Assembly (NCBI GenBank): GCA_902473205.1 | Contig: CABRRA010000008.1 | Coordinates: forward strand, 829-64,828 | Direction: 5' to 3' | From: an uncultured Collinsella sp. | GTDB lineage: Bacteria > Actinomycetota > Coriobacteriia > Coriobacteriales > Coriobacteriaceae | DNA: 64,000 nucleotides | Part shown: positions 1-7,010 of the stretch, piece after piece | Numbering within the stretch: position 1 is the stretch's first letter | Layout of the letters: every line of letters starts with the position of its first letter | The notes under the pieces: generated by a model | The model's database searches: none | What the model was told of the DNA's origin: nothing | Seen by the model: only the letters and a program-made list of their open reading frames with translations | Position numbers and translations under genes: made by a program

Positions 1-423
1 GGCGGTCGTCGGCACGGCGATGGTGAACACAGCGTGATTCTTAGTCGGAGCAACGCCCTCGAGGCTGCGGACATCGGCGAACTCGGGGTTGTTGATGATG
101 ATGCCAATGGCCTTGGCGGTGTCCATGGAGGAGCCGCCACCGATGGTCACGATAGCGTCAGCCTCGGCGGCCTTGAAGGCCTCGACGCCGTCCTTGACGT
201 TCTGGACGGTGGGGTTGGGCTTGATCTCGGAGTAGAGGCTCCAAGCGATGCCGGCAGCGTCGAGCTCGTCGGTCACCTTAGCGGTAACGCCAAACTTGAC
301 CAGATCGGGGTCGGAGCAGACGAAGATCTTCTTATAGCCACGACGCTGGAGCTCGCCGGGGATCTCCTTGATGGCGCCGGAACCATGATAAGAGATGGTA
401 TTGAGAACGAAACGATTAGCCAT
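1..423 (-). CDS. fucO: Iron-containing alcohol dehydrogenase / lactaldehyde (1,2-propanediol) reductase, N-terminal 141 aa only; the rest lies outside the window
   Basis: Absent from the ORF track because it runs off the window edge. My reverse-strand translation from ATG 423 reads MANRFVLNTISYHGSGAIKEIPGELQRRGYKKIFVCSDPDLVKFGVTAKVTDELDAAGIAWSLYSEIKPNPTVQNVKDGVEAFKAAEADAIVTIGGGSSMDTAKAIGIIINNPEFADVRSLEGVAP. This is collinear with E. coli FucO as I recall it, including the GGGS..D.AKAIG and NNPEFADVRSLEG stretches. A GGGAGG SD lies just upstream. The listed + ORF 34..426 is its antisense shadow. Confidence 0.85.
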   Translation of the reverse strand, partial: MANRFVLNTISYHGSGAIKEIPGELQRRGYKKIFVCSDPDLVKFGVTAKVTDELDAAGIAWSLYSEIKPNPTVQNVKDGVEAFKAAEADAIVTIGGGSSMDTAKAIGIIINNPEFADVRSLEGVAPTKNHAVFTIAVPTTA

Positions 424-657
424 TGATAGCCTCCCATCGCGTGTGGGGCACCCATTACGCCCCACGCTATGAGTCCCATCCTAACGCTTTTGAAACGAAA
501 AACATGTGAGAACGTCAAATTAGTTAAAGCGTTTCAACATAATAACGGAGTCCTAGACCTTCCCTCCCGACAGCAGCGAAGGCTAGATTATAGGAGCAAT
601 CGCCCAAAGGATACGACCACTCAGTCTATAAATTGTTTCTGTTTTAGCAATATATGT

Positions 658-686
658 TTGACAATACGTTTATAAATGGTTACCTT
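658..686 (+). promoter_or_regulatory. Candidate sigma70-type promoter for the island operon
   Basis: TTGACA (658-663), a 17-nt spacer, then TACCTT (681-686, which keeps the T-A-n-n-n-T positions). It lies about 40 nt upstream of the radical SAM start in AT-rich DNA. This is a motif match only. Confidence 0.3.
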
Positions 687-725
687 ATAGTAAACATCTT
701 AGTTCACTAAAATAACATTAGTGAA

Positions 726-2171
726 ATGAAAGAGGCGGTAGAGATGTTAGTTCTACCCATAAAGACCCTCTTGGGCCACTACATTTATGATGCCAATCGA
801 AACGAGATACTTGCAGTAAGCAAAGATCTCTTCAATTTCATCTCAGAAGTCCAAGCAGGCGATGTTTGCCCCGACTCCTATAAATCAGACCAAGAATTCC
901 AGTTACTACAATCATGTGGCTACTGCTGTGATTCGCCATTGCAGGATGTCGCTTATCCATCAATTGACCTTTTGAAAGTTAAGCTGGAAAGAAATTTACG
1001 GATGATAACCCTTCAGCTGACTCAATCTTGCAACTTCCGATGTGATTACTGTATCTATTCCGAAAACTCCTTATACAACAGAACCCACAGTCATAACTCT
1101 ATGTCTGTTTCGACGGCCAAACATGCAATCGAATTCTTTAAGATGCACTCGATTGACAACCCAAACCCGGTCGTAGCATTTTATGGAGGAGAACCTCTCC
1201 TTCGATTTAGTGAAATTAAGCTAATTACTCAATATGCAGAACAGGTATTTGAAGGAAAACACATCTCATTTCGAATTACAACCAATTGCTCTCTTTTATC
1301 TGAAGATATGGTTAAATTCTTCTTCGATTCTGGGCATGAATTCTATTTGCTAATCAGTCTTGACGGGCCGCAGCAAATCCATGATAAGTCTAGGCATTAC
1401 GCTAATGGTGAGTCCTCATACCAAGCAGTTATAGACAATGTTCATATGATTTTAGACAACCATCCTGAACGCAACAAATATATTCATTTTAATGCCGTAG
1501 TCGACACGAACAACATCTATAAAACAGTCTCTTCCTTTATAAATGATAAGGATATCGAGGCTTGCGATGTTCAATTCAACTACTTGGAACGCAACGGACG
1601 TATCGCCCCCTACAATGACAAGTTCTCAAGTCAACTGAATTACGCCTTATTTAAAGCAAGAATTATGGACGAGCGCAAGATCGAAAAAGGAAACCGCAGC
1701 GATAGGCTCGCTTCATATACGCTTGCAAGCATCAACCAAAACATTAAGCGATTTGCACCTTCGAACATCCCAACAAAAGCTATACCCGGCGGTCCATGCG
1801 AGCCAGGAGTTACGCGTCTATTTGTGACAACAGCAGGAGCGCTTCTTCCTTGCGAAAGGGTCAGCGAAACAACCAAAGACATGTATATCGGTACATTGGA
1901 TTCAGGATTTGATTTAGGTCAAATTGAAAAGATGATCAATGTTTCAAAGCTGACCAGCGATTCATGTAAAAAATGTTGGGCATTTCAGCTGTGCACTCAA
2001 TGCATTAAAAGCGCAGATTGCAAAGGAGTAATTAGCCCTGATTACAAGCGAACAGCATGCGACAACTCAAAACGAATTGCCTTTGATCGACTTAATCAGA
2101 AAATACTTCGCTTTGAGCTTCATAGACACGAAGTGTCCATTACAACGGCTCTTAAAAGGAACAAGCGATAA
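726..2171 (+). CDS. Radical SAM / SPASM-domain peptide-modifying maturase (CcpM-like)
   Basis: 481-aa ORF. It has a CxxxCxxC cluster (LTQSCNFRCDYCIY), FYGGEPLL, and ITTNCSLL...SLDGPQQIHDKSR. The C-terminal region is a Cys-rich SPASM-type stretch (GGPCEPGVTRLFVTTAGALLPCERV...CKKCWAFQLCTQCIKSADC). ATG 744, preceded by AAGAGG, is an alternative start. Confidence 0.85.
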   Translation: MKEAVEMLVLPIKTLLGHYIYDANRNEILAVSKDLFNFISEVQAGDVCPDSYKSDQEFQLLQSCGYCCDSPLQDVAYPSIDLLKVKLERNLRMITLQLTQSCNFRCDYCIYSENSLYNRTHSHNSMSVSTAKHAIEFFKMHSIDNPNPVVAFYGGEPLLRFSEIKLITQYAEQVFEGKHISFRITTNCSLLSEDMVKFFFDSGHEFYLLISLDGPQQIHDKSRHYANGESSYQAVIDNVHMILDNHPERNKYIHFNAVVDTNNIYKTVSSFINDKDIEACDVQFNYLERNGRIAPYNDKFSSQLNYALFKARIMDERKIEKGNRSDRLASYTLASINQNIKRFAPSNIPTKAIPGGPCEPGVTRLFVTTAGALLPCERVSETTKDMYIGTLDSGFDLGQIEKMINVSKLTSDSCKKCWAFQLCTQCIKSADCKGVISPDYKRTACDNSKRIAFDRLNQKILRFELHRHEVSITTALKRNKR

Positions 2172-2176
2172 AAATC

Positions 2177-3190
2177 ATGAAGACAATTGGACTTATATCT
2201 TTCACGAGAGCTGACTATCCTCTTCTAATTGGGTTGCTAGGAATTGGCTACAATATCCGGGTATCAACGCCATGCGGCATTCTACCGGACGGCCTAGATG
2301 TTGCCAACCTTGTTAATTGCAAAGAAATTGGTATAAGAAATCAAATTAACTATGTAACGACAATCGATGAATCAGACCTGGTAGTCATTTTATCGACAAA
2401 AGAAAGCGCCGCAGGACTCATAGAATTTAGTAAACACGCTGAAACCTATGCTCATTCTGTAAATAAGAAGGTTGTCAGCCAACTCGCCACTGAACAAATC
2501 GAGTCTAGCAAAAGCGACATGCAGGATTTAGCCCTGATACCAAAAATTGTTGTCGGGAATCTATATACACCCGCCGATTCAACAATTACGTTTAGTAGCA
2601 TCGTTAGCGAGATGAGAAAGTACCATCCCAATCTATGCGCTTTGAGCTTCAATCCTTTAAATGAAATCTGGGGCTGCAACACCCTTAGTTTTGATGGTGG
2701 CCAATCCGCCATCATCAAAATGAATGAGCAGATCAATCTCATCATTGAAAATGATAAAACCGACCTGGCTCTATTAGAAACGCCCAATGTGCTTATGAAA
2801 TACGACGACCACATTTTCGGAGATTACGGATTAGGATCGATTGCTGCATGTCGAGCTTTCTGCCCTGACTTGGCCATTATCAATATCCCATACACGATAG
2901 CCGACTACGACATAATGCTTGGACTCATGCCCATAATTGAAACGCTTACGCAAGCAGAGAAAGTTCAATTTGAAATTACAAACGAAGTACTTGACGCCAC
3001 GGAAGGGTTGGAGACGCATAGATTTCAAATAAGCTATTCATCTAGCGATAAAGCTATTCAAGCAGCAAGAGAACTTCGACTAAGAGGAATGCCCTGTTTC
3101 TCAGCCAGCTTAGATCCAGAAGAATCATTACTATGCTGCAAAACAATCGAGAACGAGTTGTTTGATTTCGATATTGGGGTGCTGAAATGA
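2177..3190 (+). CDS. Hypothetical protein. By size and position it is a candidate 'peptide maturation system protein' partner of the rSAM enzyme
   Basis: 337-aa ORF starting 5 nt after the rSAM stop. Its stop overlaps the next start (ATGA at 3187-3190). Codon usage is AT-rich like its neighbours. I recognise no motif; the functional call rests on context only. Confidence 0.5.
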   Translation: MKTIGLISFTRADYPLLIGLLGIGYNIRVSTPCGILPDGLDVANLVNCKEIGIRNQINYVTTIDESDLVVILSTKESAAGLIEFSKHAETYAHSVNKKVVSQLATEQIESSKSDMQDLALIPKIVVGNLYTPADSTITFSSIVSEMRKYHPNLCALSFNPLNEIWGCNTLSFDGGQSAIIKMNEQINLIIENDKTDLALLETPNVLMKYDDHIFGDYGLGSIAACRAFCPDLAIINIPYTIADYDIMLGLMPIIETLTQAEKVQFEITNEVLDATEGLETHRFQISYSSSDKAIQAARELRLRGMPCFSASLDPEESLLCCKTIENELFDFDIGVLK

Positions 3191-3501
3191 CAGCATATTG
3201 TAAAGATGAAACCATCTATGCAGAAATCGAAAAAGCGATAAGCAATATTAGAGATTTGGATTTGACTCAATTTGACCAAAATCTAAGAAATCAGCAATTG
3301 ACCGACCCGCCATTCAACTTGTCCTCATCAGATTTAGTTCGACTGCTAATTTATCTTGAAAGCAGGTTTTCTGTTTACGTTGAGTACTCGTCGATTGAAA
3401 ACCTAGGGTTCAACAGTGTTGAGGAGGTGAAGAAGGTAATAGAACAGTCAGAAATAATCGAACAATGGGAGGTAAATCATGAGAAGTATTCGTCCATTTA
3501 A
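3187..3501 (+). CDS. Acyl-carrier-protein-related small protein
   Basis: 104-aa ORF, translationally coupled to the upstream gene. FNLSSSDLVRLLIYLESRF aligns residue-for-residue with the ACP helix-II motif (LG.DSLD.VELVM.LEEEF). That alignment places Ser47 at the phosphopantetheine-Ser position. Confidence 0.6.
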   Translation: MTAYCKDETIYAEIEKAISNIRDLDLTQFDQNLRNQQLTDPPFNLSSSDLVRLLIYLESRFSVYVEYSSIENLGFNSVEEVKKVIEQSEIIEQWEVNHEKYSSI

Positions 3502-3658
3502 CATGCATGCAGTAAATAGCGCCATTCATTTTATTAGAAATTGCCCATGCGGTTATTGCAGCTGCATGTACTGCAACATACTGCGCAATTCTCCGCACGA
3601 AGCAGAAGTCGGTTCCAATTCGATCGAGGCGATGACGCGTGGTGGCTACTGGTCCTAA
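3479..3658 (+). CDS. Cys-rich small ORF (59 aa), candidate RiPP precursor peptide
   Basis: Not in the ORF track because it is below the 60-aa cutoff. My translation is MRSIRPFNMHAVNSAIHFIRNCPCGYCSCMYCNILRNSPHEAEVGSNSIEAMTRGGYWS*. GGGAGG (3466-3471) sits 7 nt before ATG 3479. There are five Cys within 11 residues. It lies directly after the rSAM / unknown / ACP-like genes and overlaps both neighbours slightly in a different frame. ATG 3503 is an alternative start. Confidence 0.55.
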   Translation: MRSIRPFNMHAVNSAIHFIRNCPCGYCSCMYCNILRNSPHEAEVGSNSIEAMTRGGYWS

Positions 3659-4178
3659 ATCGAGCAAGACGGCTACAAACGAATATCGAATCTCAATTGA
3701 GGGTAACCCTTATCCGCATGATCTAGTTCTCATCAACCCAGCTGGAGACAACCTCAATATCAAAAGACATGGGTTCACGGGTCCACTAGGACAGCTATTG
3801 AGTCTAAAATATACCGTTTATGACGATGCAAATGAAAAACTCTTTACTGTCGTCGACGGTGGTTTTAGTAACATGCCCAGGGTTGCGCTCATCATCGAAC
3901 ACAAGGAAGTTGCGGTGTTCGATTATGGCCTAAACAGACTTGAGATGAAGTGCATAACGAACATACCGAATTACACAATAAAAGGTAACTTCCTATTTGG
4001 AGATTACGATATATTCAGCCAACGGGAAGTGAAGCTATCTTCAGTTATCGTCCTTCAATGTGATAAACGATCGTGCTTTAGCATACAGGTTTTGGATAAA
4101 GCCGAATTAGCCGCCGCAATTGGAATACCCACAGCCATTGCCCTTCTGAGGGCTCGGATTGAAGAGCATCTCGAATAA
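3639..4178 (+). CDS. LURP-one-related / YxjI-like (tubby C-terminal-like fold) protein
   Basis: 179-aa ORF. The patterns LSLKYTVYDDANEKLFTVVDG, YTIKGNFLFGDYDIF and CFSIQVLDKAELAAAIGIPTAIALL resemble B. subtilis YxjI / PF04525 as I recall them. The true start may be downstream of 3639. Confidence 0.5.
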   Translation: MVATGPKSSKTATNEYRISIEGNPYPHDLVLINPAGDNLNIKRHGFTGPLGQLLSLKYTVYDDANEKLFTVVDGGFSNMPRVALIIEHKEVAVFDYGLNRLEMKCITNIPNYTIKGNFLFGDYDIFSQREVKLSSVIVLQCDKRSCFSIQVLDKAELAAAIGIPTAIALLRARIEEHLE

Positions 4179-4212
4179 ATCGCAAAAAGCAGTTCGTAGC
4201 AACGTTCAGGAG

Positions 4213-5817
4213 CTAGATAGTTTTTTCTGGCTCCTGAAACTGTATTACATAGTCCGAAAATTGTTCGAAACCATGTCCATGATCCGCAATGATGACGATT
4301 CGCTCTTTCATCTCCTGTGCAACAACCACCTTCAAAAAGGATATCGAAGCATTATCTAAATTGTTGCAAGGCTCATCCAAAATAACAATAGAATAACTGC
4401 TCAGAAAGGCCCTACAAAGTAATAGAGAAGCCAGTTCTCCGCCAGACAAATTGTGTCCCCTAGCTCCAATGATGGGATTTGATTCAAATAATTTATCGAG
4501 GCTAAAACCCCTCAAAAGATAGATGAGTTTTTCAGAGTCAATATCTACAAGACCATAGTAAAGAGCCTTCCTGAAAGTTCCCCCCATTATCAAATGTCTT
4601 TGCGGCATAGTTGCGCAGGGTAGCTGGATTAAAGTCGAACCATCGAAAATGACAGTAGACTCATTAACACACAGTCTGCCAGCAACTGGAGACAATAATC
4701 CATTCAATACTTCCAGAAATGAAGATTTACCACATGCATTAGGGCCGCTTACTAAAACCAGACAAGGTGCCTGTATCGTGCAATCTGGAATTGTTATCCT
4801 CTCATTAGTTTCGTTCGACGAAAACGAGAGACTGATTCCTTTCCAACTAATTCGATCAGCGTGATCGAAGCATATCAAATTAGGTTTTTCAGCTTCCAAA
4901 AGACGACGTAATTCCAAGACACGGTGCAACGATCTAAACGACGGCTGAAGCTGAGCCCAACAATTCAGAACAAGAGGAAAAGGAGAATAGCATAGAAGTA
5001 CAAGTTGATAACTCTGCACTGCAATCCCGACCGTCAGCCCGCGCTTTAACACAAGGAAAATAAGCAGCAGAACTGAAAGCAAGCCAGTAATGATGTTGCC
5101 AGCGTCAACTATTTCAGTTGCCAATCTCGCAAAGACACTCTCCTCAACTCGAGAGTTCCTGCAGGCTTTAAGCATCTTTTTATAGTGAAGTAATTCCAAG
5201 TTAATTGAACGAGAAATACGAATGTAAAGTCGACAATTTATTAGTTGGGCTAAATAAGCAGAACCCCTCGCCTGGGCCTCCAATGCCTTTTCGCTCTTAG
5301 TCGATAGCTTACTAAGAGCGAACGGATATAGAAGCGAAATAAACAATGCCGAAACACAAACAGGAATCAAAAGCAACATAGAGATATTAGATAGCGCCAC
5401 AAACGATACCAAACCCGTCACTAGGCACGGAAGAAACGCAGTTGTAAATATTCCAATCATCGGCTGTAGGTTCCCGGCCTCTTCAATGCGCGATAACAGG
5501 TAGTCACTGTCTTTTGCTAAAACTAAGGGCCGCTCTAAAGCATGGCGGGCAAGCAATCTATAGAAGCAGTTAGCACCATCGGAAGCCAATTGCTCCGCAT
5601 ATTTTGATCTGAACAGATTTGTCACCAGCTCAACTGAGAGCAATACTAGCAGGCCTAACCCAATGTATAAAACGTTACGATAATTAGAACGAAGCAGGCC
5701 ATAATCTATTATCAACGATTCAGCTTTAACAACAGACAGCTCCACCAGGGCAGATAAAATGCAGAGCGCCATCAACTTGATTACTGTCGTCTTATTTTGA
5801 ATAAAAAGCTCTGGCAT
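4213..5817 (-). CDS. ABC transporter, fused permease/ATP-binding half-transporter (exporter type), with no N-terminal C39 peptidase domain
   Basis: 534-aa ORF. The N-terminal half is hydrophobic (multiple TM segments). Motifs present: Walker A GPNACGKSS, signature LSGGE, Walker B IVILDEP, H-loop IIADHG. It is convergent with the LURP-like gene. A GAGGGGA SD and a TATAAT lie upstream on the minus strand. Confidence 0.85.
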   Translation of the reverse strand: MPELFIQNKTTVIKLMALCILSALVELSVVKAESLIIDYGLLRSNYRNVLYIGLGLLVLLSVELVTNLFRSKYAEQLASDGANCFYRLLARHALERPLVLAKDSDYLLSRIEEAGNLQPMIGIFTTAFLPCLVTGLVSFVALSNISMLLLIPVCVSALFISLLYPFALSKLSTKSEKALEAQARGSAYLAQLINCRLYIRISRSINLELLHYKKMLKACRNSRVEESVFARLATEIVDAGNIITGLLSVLLLIFLVLKRGLTVGIAVQSYQLVLLCYSPFPLVLNCWAQLQPSFRSLHRVLELRRLLEAEKPNLICFDHADRISWKGISLSFSSNETNERITIPDCTIQAPCLVLVSGPNACGKSSFLEVLNGLLSPVAGRLCVNESTVIFDGSTLIQLPCATMPQRHLIMGGTFRKALYYGLVDIDSEKLIYLLRGFSLDKLFESNPIIGARGHNLSGGELASLLLCRAFLSSYSIVILDEPCNNLDNASISFLKVVVAQEMKERIVIIADHGHGFEQFSDYVIQFQEPEKTI

Positions 5818-5996
5818 ATGTCCATCCCCTCAACTAATAATTATAGCTAGAAAGATGACATTTTTATTCTATAGCCTCAAGCAGCACGCTTTGCTGACGT
5901 CAAATCTTGTCATTACAAACATGCACCTTAGCGCTTAAGACTCCAAAAATGGGGCGGCCGAGATGGCCGTCCCCTCCCCATTATCGATCTATCTGA

Positions 5997-6015
5997 CAAA
6001 GGGACGGCCCCTTTG
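5997..6015 (-). terminator. Hairpin just downstream of the YoaK-family gene
   Basis: CAAAGGG-acggc-CCCTTTG is a perfect 7-bp stem, 11 nt past the stop at 6026. No U-tract follows, so function is uncertain. Confidence 0.3.
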
Positions 6016-6025
6016 CCGCATTCGG

Positions 6026-6742
6026 TTACTTTCGACAGCCCTCTTTCCAAGCCTCGGCCGCAACCTTCCAGCGTAAGCGCAAGTCGCGCTCGCGGTCGAT
6101 GAACATGATGGCAAACGCGACAAACAGCAGCAAGCTCGCCACGACGATGGCGTGCAGGCCCATGCGCTCAATACACCAGTTGCCCAACACGGCGCCAAAC
6201 ACAAAGGTAAAGATCACGCCAAAGTACAGCAGGCCGTTTTCCAAAAAGCCGCGCCTGTGGGTGATGATGTAATCGTCCACGTTTTGCAGCGCGTTGCGCA
6301 AGTTGCCGATGCACATGGTCGTAGCGATGCCGTGACCGTGGATCTTGCGGAAGCTCTCGACCTGCATGCCGCAGGCAAACGAGGTGAGGCAGTTGGCGAG
6401 CAGGTTGTAACCGCCACCGGGGATAAAGCTCACGCCCAGCAAGATGACGGCTTCAAAGAACACCGTCACCTGACGCCAGTGGATCACACTGCCAAACCGC
6501 TCGTGTACCAGGTCGGCAAGCATAATGCCCACAGCAAACGACACCACAGGGAAGAAGTAGCGCCCCGCAAGTGCCCAATTGCCCTCCGAGATGCTTACGC
6601 CCACCAGCAAGATATTGCCCGTCTGCGCGTTGGCGAAAACATGGTCGCGCCCAATGTACGAATAAACGTCCATAAAGCCACCGGCGAGCGCCAAGATGAT
6701 GCCCAGCTCAATAGACTCCGATATCTGTTTGGCACGCTGCAT
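6026..6742 (-). CDS. YoaK-family (DUF1275) integral membrane protein
   Basis: The track ORF is 6026..6991. I place the start at ATG 6742 (MQRAKQISESIELGIILALAGGFMDVYSYIGRDHVFANAQTGN...), which is preceded by AAGGAGGA. The GGFMD..Y....VFAN.QTGN pattern and the multi-TM body are typical of DUF1275. Confidence 0.8.
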   Translation of the reverse strand: MQRAKQISESIELGIILALAGGFMDVYSYIGRDHVFANAQTGNILLVGVSISEGNWALAGRYFFPVVSFAVGIMLADLVHERFGSVIHWRQVTVFFEAVILLGVSFIPGGGYNLLANCLTSFACGMQVESFRKIHGHGIATTMCIGNLRNALQNVDDYIITHRRGFLENGLLYFGVIFTFVFGAVLGNWCIERMGLHAIVVASLLLFVAFAIMFIDRERDLRLRWKVAAEAWKEGCRK

Positions 6743-7010
6743 CGTCGTGCATCCTCCTTGTTGACGACTCTCTCGTGCGTTGGCGGAAACATAGCCGCCG
6801 TTCATACTGTAACCCATTGACAACATGGCGTGCGCGCGAGACGGGTTCTCCAACGCGCAGATACACAGTCTGGAAACAAACAGCGGGCGCGGCGCCGGCA
6901 CCCGCATCGACACGCCGATCCGCCAGCTCGTGTACTCCACCAGTCTTTTTAGCCCCGTCCCAAAAAGACTGGTTACAATTACGTGCAGCATACAAACACC
7001 GGGAGGGATC

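Larger units (their letters stand above)
480..5945. other. AT-rich compositional island, probably horizontally acquired, carrying a RiPP-type biosynthetic cluster
   Basis: By eye, base composition and codon third positions switch sharply from G/C-dominated to A/T-dominated at about 480-520 and back at about 5940. Both flanks (fucO, the YoaK-family gene) are GC-rich. I saw no integrase, transposase or flanking direct repeat. Confidence 0.7.

Noticed and set aside
34-426. + strand ORF of 130 aa at the window start
   Set aside because: It is the antisense shadow of the fucO N-terminus, and the minus-strand translation matches FucO closely.
3410-3726. Track ORFs 3410..3667 (-) and 3541..3726 (+) as the gene filling the ACP-like/LURP-like gap
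   Set aside because: Neither has an RBS or recognisable features. The third reading (3479..3658, +) has a GGGAGG SD and a Cys-rich core that fits the rSAM context.
6743-6991. N-terminal extensions of track ORFs (6026..6991, 6825..7010, 15391..15477, 20489..20542, 20798..20899, 34999..35101, 35681..35821, 45701..45784, 51793..51870, 58581..58739)
   Set aside because: Internal starts have good SD sequences and match the N-termini of the respective families. The extensions run into upstream genes, repeats or promoter regions.
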